Assembly: GCF_020745735.1 (NCBI RefSeq)
Contig: NC_083435.1
Coordinates: forward strand, 25,667,231 to 25,731,230
Length of the DNA: 64,000 bases
Reading direction: 5' to 3'
Source of the DNA: Hemiscyllium ocellatum
Lineage: Eukaryota
In this document: one piece after another, positions 51,267-62,745 of the stretch
How positions within the stretch are numbered: position 1 is the stretch's first letter
Layout of the letters: each line of letters begins with the position of its first letter
Program-made: the position numbers and the translations under genes
The notes under the pieces: model-generated
Seen by the model: only the letters and a program-made list of their open reading frames with translations
Databases searched by the model: none
What the model was told of the DNA's origin: nothing

Positions 51267-51434
51267 TCAGGGGGTAACTTCGGGCATGACATCTACCGCC
51301 CTCTGGCGGTCCTTCACTGGGATGAATGGCTCGTTCTTCACTTTGGCGTACACCATCGTCTGCTTATCCACCGGGCGCTTCCATCGACTACCCTCATGCA
51401 CATTGATCTCGGCGTATTGAACCCCGTCATCACC
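51267..51434 (-). CDS. Gene B terminal exon with ITIM (GDDGVQYAEINVHEGSRWKRPVDKQTMVYAKVKNEPFIPVKDRQRAVDVMPEVTP*)
   Basis: Phase-0 acceptor aacctcaatag and 56 open codons. Canonical ITIM VQYAEI (51405-51422) plus ITIM-like MVYAKV. AATAAA on the minus strand at 51003-51008. Absent from the ORF track (no upstream ATG). Confidence 0.8.
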   Translation of the reverse strand, partial: GDDGVQYAEINVHEGSRWKRPVDKQTMVYAKVKNEPFIPVKDRQRAVDVMPEVTP

Positions 51435-52004
51435 CTATTGAGGTTAAAGTTTTAGCAATGAGCTGGTGCAAAGCGAGTATAGAGCCGCGAGTCAGGAACA
51501 GTGCAGCGTCTAAAACACAACCTGAGACATGCTGTTCGGAGAGACCTTGTTCAAAAAAAAACACCAATCTCCAGAGAAGGTGAGGACGGCAGTGCTGAAG
51601 ATCAGAGTCGCAGAGTGTGAGGACTCTAAACACCAACCTCCGTCCAGCAAATAGATTTAAAGTGACTGAAGGCGTCAATTACTCGTTAAACGACCAACAA
51701 AACTGAGATCAATGGAATGCAGTCATTGAGAACCGCAGCCACAAAAGAGTCATCACTTTAAAAAACCTCTTGCAAAAAGCAGCAGGGAAAAACAAATAAC
51801 GTTACACTTGAAGCAGAGATTGGTGGAACGCAGTGCGGATATAGAGTAGCAACTGGAGACAATATTTTCTAGATATCCTGAAATAAATAAAAGCGTTTGT
51901 AGTAGCTTCATCACGTCTGAAAAAGAGATTGATCACTCAATAGCTAATAGACATGATTTGGAGACGCCGGTGTTGGACTGGGGTGTACAGCGTTAAATAT
52001 CACA

Positions 52005-52316
52005 CACGGTGGCACAGTGGTTAGCACTGCTGTCTCACAGCGCCTGAGACCCGGGTTCTAATCCTGACTCAGGCGACTGACTGTGTGGAGTTTGCACGTT
52101 CTCCCCGTGTCTGCGTGGGTTTCCTCCGGGTGCTCCGGTTTTCTCCCACAGTCCAAAGATGTGCGGGTCAGGTGAATTGGCCATGCTAAATTGCCCGTAG
52201 AGTTAGGTAAGGGGTAAATGTAGGGGTAGGGATATGGGTGGGTTGCGCTTTGGCGGGTCGGTGTGGACTTGTAGGGCCGAAGGGCCTGTTTCCACACTGT
52301 AAGTAATCTAAAAAAA
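52005..52316 (+). mobile_element. Shark SINE (HE1 type) nested in another short repeat (about 51960-52470)
   Basis: Same consensus. The flanks join into the sequence seen uninterrupted at about 25195-25320. Confidence 0.88.
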
Positions 52317-53409
52317 CACCAGATTGTAGTCCAACAGGTTCATTTGGAAGCAGTAGCTTTCGAGTGCTGCTCCTTCATCCGGTGGTTGTGGAGATTGTAA
52401 ATGCAATTTTATACTCCACAACCACCTGATGAAGGAGCAGCTGTCGGAAAGCTCATGTTTCCAAATAACCTTTCAGCTAATAGACGTGTTAGCTAAAACA
52501 AACTGTTAAATGTAACAGCATACTGCTGAAATGTGATAGCAAAGATAGACGTTTCAACCAGAGTTTATATTGAGCCCAAATAGCGAGAACAAAACATGAA
52601 AGAAGTACAACCAGACACACTTCAAATGAAGACAGGAGTATATTGTCCATAGATTAAAAAAGATCACACGCACACACACCCTGTACACCGAACAAATACT
52701 GAAAGACTGCAGCAGAAATGTGTGCAAACTATCAGCAGGTCAGGCAGCATCTGTGGAGAGAAATTAGACTTAACGTTTTGGCTCCATTCTGAGAGAAATA
52801 CATGCACTTCCAAGGCCACTGATAAAGCAGCTCATGAGATTTGTGCCCGTCGCACATTGGCAGTGTCCAAGGCTTTGAGCCAGGCGACCCATTTCAAAAC
52901 ATATCTAATCCCAGACTTGTGAAATAGCATGTCTGAACAGGTTGGTTAAAACCATCAACCCTGAGTGCATCAACTTGATATGTCCGTTACATCCGCAATT
53001 GCTGACTAATCTATCGATCTCAGTCTCTGCTTAATTCATTGACAAACAATACTGTTTGTGAAGAGCTCTCTCCTCATCTCAAACCTGCATGGCCATTTTT
53101 TTTAACCTTTGAATTACGGATCCTTCCGTTTCCACATTTCCCAGACTGCCCAACGTTGAATTCGATATTTCTGTTCCAGGCCAAATTACCACAGCTCTAC
53201 CTAAAACATGCCTCTGGAAAGCACACCAGCTAAAAAAATCTCACGCACACCCTCAAGAAGACCAATCTACATCCCCAAACCTCGTTTCTTTATCCGGATA
53301 TATTTGAATCAGTCTGTTTAGAGGTGCTGTAACACACCTCTAGATCGGTTGATCTTGAACCCAGACTTTCCAAATCAGATGAATTCTATGATTGCTGTAG
53401 AAGAAAGAA

Positions 53410-53940
53410 CACAGAACACAGAACAATACTACTCAGAACAGGCCCTTCGGCCGTCGATGTTGCGCCGACCTGTAAACTAATCTAGGCCCGTCACCCTGCA
53501 CTATCCTATCATCATCCATGTGTTTATCCAAGGACTGCTTAAATGCCCCTTATGTGGCTGTTAACTACATTGGTAGGCAGGGTATTCCACTCCCTTGCCA
53601 CTCTCTGAGTAAAGAACCTGCCTGTGACAGCTGTCGTAAATCTATCACCCCTCAATTTGCAGCTATGTCTCCTCGTACAAGCAGATGTCATCATCCTAGG
53701 GAAAAGACTTCCACTGTCCACCCTATCTAATGCTCTGATCATATTGTATGTCTCTATTAAATCCCCTCCAATGAGGACAGATCCAAATCCCTCAGCCTTC
53801 CCTCACAAGACCTTCACCCCAGACGAGGCAACATCCAGGCAAATCTCCTCTGCGTCTTTTCCAATGCTTCCACATCCTTCCTGTAATGGGGCCACCAGAA
53901 CTGTACACAATACTCCAAGTGACGCCGCACTAGCGTTTTG
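53410..53940 (-). mobile_element. CR1 LINE 3' fragment in a gene B intron
   Basis: KLRGDRFTT...FFTQRVAREWNTLP; near-match to the 3' end of the 42-44 kb copy. Confidence 0.85.
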
Positions 53941-54575
53941 TACAGAGGTCTCTACGAGAACCCTGGCTTCTTTATCTAAATCTGCACAGACAATGACGAT
54001 AATTAAAATCTTGTTGGAGATATTAACAACTAGGTCACCGAGTTTAGTCATTACATAATTAGCGTTACATACCCGATTGGTTCTTCTGCATTCAGAGCGG
54101 ACATAATTGGTCTCTAGAAAAGAGACGTATGTATTAGCATCGAGAATGTGGTACTGGAAAATCAAGCAGGTCAGGCAGCATCCGAGGAGCAGGAAAATCG
54201 ACGTTTCGGGCAAATGTCTTTCATCAGGAATTAGCATCGTAGGGAAGAGCAAAGTTTAATTTAACTAACTTGATTAAAGTTATTGCTTAAAATACAGTAT
54301 CCGGCATTATAATATTACGGGATGCAACATGGCTTAATTGTAAACAGCATGTTTGCAAATAACAACAGCTGATATGTCTCAAAGAATAAATGCCGAAGGA
54401 AAAGGAATGTGTACTCAGCTACGGCCCACGGGGGTAATTCGGATCGACCTATAAGGGCTAACTTTTGGAAGTGCTGCCAGCGCATCTTCCCAAATTATCC
54501 TGCAAGCCGTCTTATTTTAAATAAATACACATTTTTTTTAGCGAAGGTTTCTCTTAATCTCTTCCACAAGCGTAC

Positions 54576-54685
54576 CCATCTGCCAATGTTTTCCAGATCA
54601 CGCTGATTCACCGAACTAAAACAAGAAAATTCACGTGCCCCCTTTGCTTTTTCTAAGTCATCGTTAATCTTGAACTTTCTCTTTT
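54576..54685 (-). CDS. Gene B candidate linker exon to last exon (acceptor at 54694, 54685 or 54615; donor TGG|gtacgc)
   Basis: A phase 1->0 exon is needed to reach the last exon, and 54685/54694..54576 satisfies this. The strongest acceptor (54615) is phase 2->0. Unresolved. Confidence 0.35.
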
Positions 54686-54806
54686 CTGACAGATCTTCAG
54701 GTTGTAATTGACAGATAACACAATTAACCACACCATCAATTAGAAGTCGAAATCGCTCGATTGAAAGTGTTTTAATGACATATGCATACTTATCTCTGTT
54801 CCTCAC

Positions 54807-54841
54807 CTCCTTCGTCTATCTCTGCATACGGTGGATCCGAC
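54807..54841 (-). CDS. Gene B cytoplasmic microexon, 35 bp (SDPPYAEIDEG)
   Basis: Acceptor ttcctgttttgctgcag, donor GAG|gtgagg. In frame after the 22-bp exon it gives YAEI, a motif repeated in the last exon. Confidence 0.6.
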
Positions 54842-54943
54842 CTGCAGCAAAACAGGAAGGGCAGTAAGGAAAATTAGATATTGAAGAAAACATAGACAAC
54901 AAAGAAGATGCCTGTCTTGACATCAAAAAGTGCAGACGCTTAC

Positions 54944-54965
54944 CTTTCGGGTCGCTGAAGAGTGG
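54944..54965 (-). CDS. Gene B cytoplasmic microexon, 22 bp (ATLQRPER if spliced directly after TM)
   Basis: Strong acceptor ccttcctttctccacag and donor AAG|gtaagc. Confidence 0.6.
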
Positions 54966-55983
54966 CTGTGGAGAAAGGAAGGTGATAACAGCATCATTAC
55001 ATTTCTGAGTCCATGACTTAGTTTACTTCTTATGGATATAATGCATTGTCTATGTTAATGCTCCTTGAGCGACAGGCCAGGTGCGAAGGGGACAGCACCG
55101 CTTTCACTCACTAAAAGTCCCAATGCTACTTTCAACCAATGGGTAAGCGGAATCGGGTGGTTTACTGGCGGCATTCCAACTCAGCCTGGCTGACTTCTAA
55201 GGTTAAAACTTTAAAAATGTTAGTGCCTTTCGGATATTGATATGCAAGGTGGACCAGGGCAATACGTACACAATTTGTGTTAGAGCCACGGGAAACAGAG
55301 AGACCTAGTGATTCAGGCGCATGGTTCCTTGAGATTGGCATCCCCGACAGAGAGGGTGGCGAAGAAGGAATTTGGCATGCTTGCCTTCATTGATCAGAGC
55401 CTTGAGTATCCGAGCAGGAATGTCATGTTGTGGTTGTGCAGGACATTGGTGAGGCCTCTGCTTGTATATGAAGCAGTGCATGGCAATTTATCCCGCAAGC
55501 CTGCTTTACAATTAACGTTTAATCAAATACTATTTATGGGCTTTTATCCAATATCCCTAAATACATATGACCAACAAAGATTGCCACGCAGCACAGTGGC
55601 TCGGTGACTTGCGCTGCTGCCTCACGGCGCCAGGGACCCGGGTTTGATTCCCGCCTCGGGCAACTGGCTGTGTGCAGCTTGTATACTCTCCCCGTGTCTC
55701 CGTGGGTTTCCTCCCACAGTTGAATGAAGTGCAGGTTGCAGTGGGTATGCTTTTGACTTTAACACCTGCGGCCCTTAATAGGGACCGGGGCGGGGGGCAT
55801 TAGAGGTTAGTGGAAATAACACCACCTCCAAATTCCCTGCCGATTTGGAAATACGGTGAATCGACCACTCAGTCACAGTCCTGAACTCGCCCTTTTCCAG
55901 CCCCACACTGTGAACGGGAGCACAGGAAGAATATCCAATTTCTCATGGCACAACTAAGTTAAGAACAACAAACATTTCACCCG

Positions 55984-56430
55984 AGTCATAGAGTCATACA
56001 GCACAGAGACAGACCCTTCGGTCCAAGTCGTCCGTGCTGACCAGATATCCCAACCTACTCTAGCCCCATTTGCCAGCACTTGGCCCATATTCCTCTGAAC
56101 CCTTTCTATTCATATACACATCCAGATGCCTTTTAAATGCTGTAATTGCACCAGCCTCCCCCACTTCCTTTGACAGCTCATTCCATACACGTACCACCCT
56201 CTGCATGGAAACGTTGCCCCTTAGGACTCTTTTATATCTTTCCTCTCTCACCCTAAACCTCTAGTTCTGACATGTACACCCCAGGACACTATGGACAATT
56301 TAGCATGGCCAATCCACCCAGGGATAAGACTTTGTCTATTTACCTTATCTATTCCTCTCATGATTTTATAAAGTCACTCCTCAGCCTCTGACACTCCAGG
56401 GAAAACAGCCCCAGCCTATTCAGCCTCTCC
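55984..56430 (-). mobile_element. CR1 LINE 3' fragment in a gene B intron
   Basis: MQRVVRVWNELS...AFKRHLD; agagtcat tail. Confidence 0.82.
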
Positions 56431-57391
56431 CTTTGACCTGACCAATCTCAAGGATGAACAAAAGAAATCATAAAACTAAAACATGCAAATGCGCAAGGCC
56501 AAGGAGATACATTCCTGCTAATGAGTAAATGTAACAAGGGGCTATTTTACATAGGATACTGTTACAATATTGTAAGAAAGGATGCAGAGTTTGGCAAGTT
56601 ACTACAGTTCCCCCTCAGAGCGTTATAACTAGCCGCTATTGTAATTAAACAGGGTCCTCAAAGTAACATGAGCCAGTATGGGAGCTGAACTTGTGCTTTT
56701 AGAAGCTCTTCTTATTGGCAACTGGTTACCCAGCCAACTGAGCTAACCAGCAGGTAGAGGGCCGGTGCAAGATTAACAAAGCCAGCTGCAGAATGGAGAA
56801 CTTACACCAAGCAGGGAGACAGAGCTGTATATCTTTGAACAATACCATTGAGTTGACACCGTGTAATGATCACCAGGCAGGAGTGTTCTTTCCCAGTCGG
56901 GGAACACTTCAGCGGTCCAGGCCATTCGGCCTCGGATCTTCAGGTGACCATCCTCCAAGATAGACTTTGGGGCTAGCAACAATGCCGAGTAGCCAAGCAG
57001 AGGCTGATAACCAAGTTCGGTACAAATGGGGACGGCCTCAACTGGGACCTTGGGTTCGCCCTTTTATTGGAAGGACATTCAAATGTAGTGGAGTTCAGAA
57101 TGAGGGGGCATAAGTTTAAGTTGAGAGAGGAACGAATTAAAAGGAACCATAGGGGCAACTCCTTCACTCAGAGAGTGCAACGTAAGTGGAATAAACTACC
57201 AGATGGAGTATTCAGTGCACGTACATTTGGAAATGTACATAAACAGGAATAATTTAGATAGCTTGTACCAAACGCAGGGAATTGAGACTAGTTCAGTTTG
57301 GTCAGCAAGGATGGATGGATCAAAGGGTCTGTTTTCAATGCTGTATGACTCCATGTCTCTATGACATGTCCAGGTAAATTAATATTGTTAC

Positions 57392-57517
57392 CAGTTTTTC
57401 GGCAGGATTTGACAACAATCATCACGATGATGATCAGGAGAGGCACCATCACCGTTACTGCAAAGACAAATGTTGGGGTAGTTGACTTGGACTCGGTTTT
57501 GCTGCTCCCGTTGTTAC
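57392..57517 (-). CDS. Gene B TM exon (GNNGSSKTESKSTTPTFVFAVTVMVPLLIIIVMIVVKSCRKT), uncharged TM
   Basis: Acceptor tattttctcccag, donor G|gtaaca, 126 bp, phase 1-1. A 21-residue hydrophobic stretch is followed by KSCRK. Confidence 0.85.
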
Positions 57518-57984
57518 CTGGGAGAAAATATACAGAAAGAACAGTCAAGGGCAGAAAGATGGTCAGTGAATTGGGCACAAGGCTTCAATTCAATAAGATG
57601 TGTGGCTCTTGACTAATATTTTTAACTGGTCTTGATCAAACCCAGTCATCAATTGAAAACACAAACTGAGCTAATGGCCAATTGGAGTGATTCCTGTTCT
57701 TTAAGTTCCACTATCGGGATGTTGATTCAGGGACGCCACGACACTGGTATCAATTTCGTGTTGTTGGTTACCGGGTATCATTTCTCCCAAACTGAGACAC
57801 TAAGCAGTCGCCCTCATTGGCACTCTAATTCCCCAATGCCTGATTACTTGTTCAAGGTTTATCTATAACTATATTTAATACAATTTTAATAATATCTATC
57901 ATGTCTTCTGGGAAATTCGGCCATTGTTAACATAGCCAATATCCATTGTCGGCTTCTTTCTGAACATCGAGCCAAGATCACAGA

Positions 57985-59430
57985 AAATTATAGTGCAGTA
58001 AATGCCCTTCGGCCATCGATGTTGTGCTGACCTGTGAAAACAATCTGAAGCCCATCTAACCTACACTATTCCATTCTCGCCCATATGCCTATCCAATGAC
58101 CATTTATAACCACTTAATGTTGGCAAGTGTCCTACTGTTGTAGACAATGCGTTCCATGCTTCTCCTACTCTCAGAGTAAAGAAATTACCTCTGACATCTG
58201 TCCTATATCTATCACCCCCCCAATTTAAAGCTATATGCTTTCATGCTAGCCATGGCCTTCCGAGGAAAAAGGGTCTCACTGTCCAACCTATCAAACCCTC
58301 TAATTATCTTATGTGTCTCAATTAAATCACATGTCAACCTTCTTCTCTCTAACGAAAATAACCTCAACTCCCTCAGCTTTTCCTCATAATACCTTCCCTT
58401 CATACCTGGCAACATCCTAGTAAATGTCCTCTGAACCCTTTCCAAAGCTTCCACATCCTTCCTATAATGCGGTGACCAGAACTGTTTGCAATACTCCAAA
58501 TGTGGCTGCACCAGAGTTCTTTACAACTGCAGAATGATCTTTTGGTTCCAAAACTCAATCCCTGTACCAATAAAAGCTAACTCAGCGCATGCCTTCTTAA
58601 CAACCCTATCCACCTGGGTGGCAACTTTCAAGGATCTATATACCTGGACACCGAGATCTCTCTGCTCATTTACACTACAAAGAATCTTACAATTAGCCCA
58701 GTATTCTGCATTCTGTTACTCATTCCAAAGTGAATCACCTCACACTTTTCCGCATTAAACTCCATTTTCCACCTCGGAGTCCATCTCTGCAGCTTATCTA
58801 TGTCCCTCTATAACCTACAATCATCCTTCACAACTATTCATAACCCTACCAACCTTTGTGTCATCAGTAAATTTACTAATCCATCCTTCTATGCTCTCAT
58901 CCCGGTCATTTAAAAAAAATGACAAACAGTGGCCCCAGAACAGATCCTTGTGGTACTCCATGAGCAACTGAAATCCAGGATGAATACTTCCCATTAGCCA
59001 CCACCCTTTGTCTTCCTTCAGCTATCCAATTTATGATCCAAGCCGCTAAATCACCCTCAATCACATGCCTCTGTATTTTGTGCAATAGCTTACAGTGGGG
59101 AGCCTTATCAATCACCTTACTGAATTCCATATACGCCATATTAACCGCTTTACCCTCATCCAACTGTTTGGTCACCATCTCAAATAACAGTATAAGGTTT
59201 GTGAGGCACGACCCACCCTTCTCAAAACGGTGTTGACTATCCCTAAATCAACTTATTCCTTACTAGATGACTATAAATCTTATCTCTTATAACCTCTTCC
59301 AACACTTTATCCACAACCGAAGTAAGGCTCACTGGTCTATAATTCCTTCGGTTGTCTCTGCTCTCCTTCTTGAACAAGAGAACATTTGCTATAATCCAAT
59401 CTTCTGGCACTATTCCCGTAGACAATGACT
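57985..59430 (-). mobile_element. CR1 LINE RT/3' fragment in a gene B intron
   Basis: YRPVSLTSVV, GVPQGSVLGP, PHLEYCKQFWSP. Confidence 0.9.
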
Positions 59431-59809
59431 ACCATGAAGATGACAAGTTGCCTGATTGAAACTATATCATCTGAATGAGGATTTTGGAACTTAGGGGCAT
59501 ACTTTGCGAATTAAGGCCAGTCTGTTCAGGAGAGATGTTAGGAAATATATATACACACAAAGGGTGGTAGATATTTGGAAGTCGCTTCCACAATCGGTAG
59601 TGAATGTTGGAACCATTGTTAATTTAAATCGTAGATAGATATTCTTTTTTTGTTAATCAAAGGTATTAGGGTTAAAGGCCAAAGACAGGTAAATGGAGGT
59701 AGTTTATAGGTCAGATCTAATCTCATTAAGTAGTGAAACAGGCTGGAGCGCCTGATGGCCTACTTCTGGTTCCTTGTCCTATATACAACTGTGGTCTGTC
59801 TGATCTCAC

Positions 59810-59971
59810 ACACCGACAGTGCTGTAAGGGAGGGCATAACAGCATTTTGAACTAGGTGCTGCAAGCTAATAATCATTCCAAACCAGGATGGCGTGGAAAT
59901 TGGAGGGGTAACTGCAGCTGATGTCCTTGTGGTGGAGATCGCAGCATCGGTGTATTTAGTGAATAGATCGC
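59810..59971 (-). CDS. Gene B Ser/Thr/Pro-rich stalk exon (GDLFTKYTDAAISTTRTSAAVTPPISTPSWF...); 3' boundary uncertain
   Basis: Strong acceptor tttttttttcattag, phase 1 in frame with the V exon, mucin-like composition. The only phase-1 GT found is T|gtgaga at 59810; otherwise the frame reads to TAG at 59762-59760. Confidence 0.55.
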
Positions 59972-60063
59972 CTAATGAAAAAAAAACACACATTACTGCA
60001 ATACTCCCCCAGGTTTAAGTCCGCATTGTTACGTTAGGAATAACTCTGTTACCCCGCACTTAC

Positions 60064-60405
60064 CCCGTGTAACAATCACTGTGGTTCCTGCTCCATAGGC
60101 TTCCCCCTTCCCCATGAAAGCCACTTTGCAGACATAGAACCCGGTATCCTCCGGTTTCAGATCGATGATGCAGATCGAGGCGTCTCTCCTGACTCTGAAA
60201 TCCTCTTGACTGGCCGCAAGCACGCGGTCTCGGAACTCCGGTGTGCTGTTGGAGACTTCATTCCCTCGTGTGTTGCCTCGGTACCACGTGTAACCGCCGA
60301 TAGCACTGGGCCCCTGATAAGTACAGCCCAAGCGCGCTGTCTGACCCGGCATTTTGATGAGAGATTCCGGACTCTGAATTACCGTGATATTTCCAAGAAC
60401 AACTG
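60064..60405 (-). CDS. NCR3: Gene B VJ-type V exon, NKp30/NCR3 homolog
   Basis: 342 bp, phase 1-1, acceptor cctgcag (NAGNAG), donor G|gtaagt. AIGGYTWYRGNTRGNEVSNSTPEFRDRV parallels human NKp30 AIGSVTWFRDEVVPGKEVRNGTPEFRGRL. Also DTGFYVC and a J-like YGAGTTVIV. The symbol is family-level; orthology is not shown. Confidence 0.85.
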
Positions 60406-62014
60406 CTGCAGGTGGACAAAACAAACTTCATGAAAGTGCAGTCCAGTTTTTTTTAAAGCATGTTATATCATTACAGTTTCAAATTAAAATTATGCTCATA
60501 ATACATCACGGAGCATTCAAAATCTATCAGCTGCGCTATGTTATGGTTCTGGGGATATTAAGGATCCCCTTTCTCTGTTGCAGTTTTATGTTCGTCCGAA
60601 GGTGCTTAACCAGATCAAGTTCCATATTGGCCCACACAAGTTATCATTGCCTTTTTACACATTATCACGAAGTGTGAAGTAATATCACATACAAAATAAA
60701 GCCATCTGTTTTCACCAACTTGAAACATGTGCCTTTCAGGTGGGACAGATTTCCATTCAGATGGATAGCGTCAATAGGGAGAAATAGAATCTGCCTTCCT
60801 CTGCACTCTTCACTCTTCATTCCGCACCACCGTGCTACTGAGCAGTCCTGTTCACGGTGCTAGTCACATCACATTGGAATCTGTGCTGAGTCAGTTGAAT
60901 GCCTCACTGTGAAACATTAATGACTGGAAAAGGACTAAACCAGAAAGGGTTTGCATTTAGGCAAATGTCCAAAACTTTTTGCAGTGACATTACCAAGCAG
61001 TGAACGGTTTACCGCTGTATATACGCTAAATAACCAGCCAGCATCTATTTAAGAACTCTTTAATTACTGATCAAGGAAATGTTTAATCCGTCAGAGACAG
61101 AGGCGTAGTAATTACCCCACAATAAGGACTAGACAAGGGTTGTGTTAAGGTTATATACACTGGAGCTCATAGAGATGGGCCGACATGGGTAGGGTAAATG
61201 CAGGAAGGATATTTCCGATGGTCGGTGAGGCCAGAACCAGGGGTCCAGGACTAAGAAAATGTGGTAACCCATTTGGGACTGAGATGAGGGCAATGTCTTT
61301 ACCCAGACAGTGGTGAGCCTGTGGAATTTTCTGCCTCAGAAAGCAGTCGGGGCCAAACATTGACAGTTTCCAAGAAGGATTTGGATAAACACTTGGGTCT
61401 AAAAGAAGCGAAACTTGGGGTTTAGAAGAAGCAGGCTATTGAATTGGATGATCGGTCATGACCATAATGAATGGCGAAGCAGGCGAGAAGGGACGAATTG
61501 CCGACACCTCCTCCAGTTTTCCGTGTTCCTATGTGTTCTGTGAAAGGGCTAGAATTAATTGGGTTATACAAAAAAAAACTTGGAGCATGGCATTTGGCTA
61601 GATCCAGCCGACACTGCAAGACGCTCATCCGACATTCTCAGGGATAGGGAATATTTGTAAAATGTTGAATGAAAAATAAAATCCTGGAATCCTACAGCAG
61701 AGAATGAAGCTATTCACTCTGCGGAGATTGTTTTCATTCTATTGGAGATGAATCCGCTCGCACCTGCCTCTTTTTCTTTATATCGATGCACCTATATGTC
61801 TTTTAAGGATTTTGCCATTGCATTTCGAATGCTGATGTTAAGCATGTATCCATTGTCCTATGAGGCAGAAGCAAATGGCAAAGTGTCTTTCTGAAATCAA
61901 AATGCATTTTATAATCATACCAAAACGTTTTCGAAGACAGGACCCATTTCTCTTGATTTGCCTCTAATTTTCATTCATTTCTCCTCTGTTTTTCCCCTTC
62001 TTTCTTTCTGTTTG

Positions 62015-62086
62015 CCTGCCTGCCTGCCCGTCTGTCTATCTGTCTGCCTGTCTGCCTGCCCGTCTGTCTGTCTGTCTGTCTGTCTA

Positions 62087-62129
<43 letters not shown>

Positions 62130-62135
62130 TTATCC
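62015..62135. repeat. Compound microsatellite (CTGC/CTGT/CT/CTAT)n in gene B intron 1, decaying into CTAT-rich sequence to about 62420
   Basis: Direct reading. Confidence 0.9.
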
Positions 62136-62702
62136 ATCTAGCCATTGGGATTTCGTTCTGCATGTCTGTCTATCAACCTTTCTTTTCTGTACAGTTATGC
62201 CCATTTATCTGTGTATTGATTTACCTCTCCAAAAATCTATTTATTTATGTATACCCATCTATCGAAATTTCCATCCAATGATCTGTATGCCTATCTTTCC
62301 TTCACGTGCCTGTGTTTGTCTATCTACCATTTCATCGATCTGGCTATCTATCCACATTTCTCAACCGCATTCTGACTACTTAGGTAGAAGTTATCTTCAA
62401 CTCTCCTTATCTTAACCAATGCTTTTTCATTTATCTTATCAGTGTTATAATTTCATGTCGACTCCCTCGATTATTAACCGTTCAACTCAATGCTTTAGTT
62501 CACAATCAGTAACTACGAAGCATCATCTTCTGGACGACAGTTCTCTCATTCATGTAGAAATGGGTTCGGATTGCTCAGAGGTCATGCATTACCACAGTGC
62601 TGAGATATTAAGGTGCCCGCACCCTAAAAAAGCAAATAACTTGGCACAAAAATATGCTTGCTAGTGGGAACCTGGTGTGAATTCATGTCAAAACCTGCTT
62701 AC

Positions 62703-62745
62703 CTGAGAGTACAGCAGTGATCCATGTAACTGCAATCCAATGCAT
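62703..62745 (-). CDS. NCR3: Gene B leader exon (MHWIAVTWITAVLS)
   Basis: 43 bp, phase 1, donor CAG|gtaagc. Hydrophobic, and joins the V exon as ...AVLSAVVLGNITV. Confidence 0.8.
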
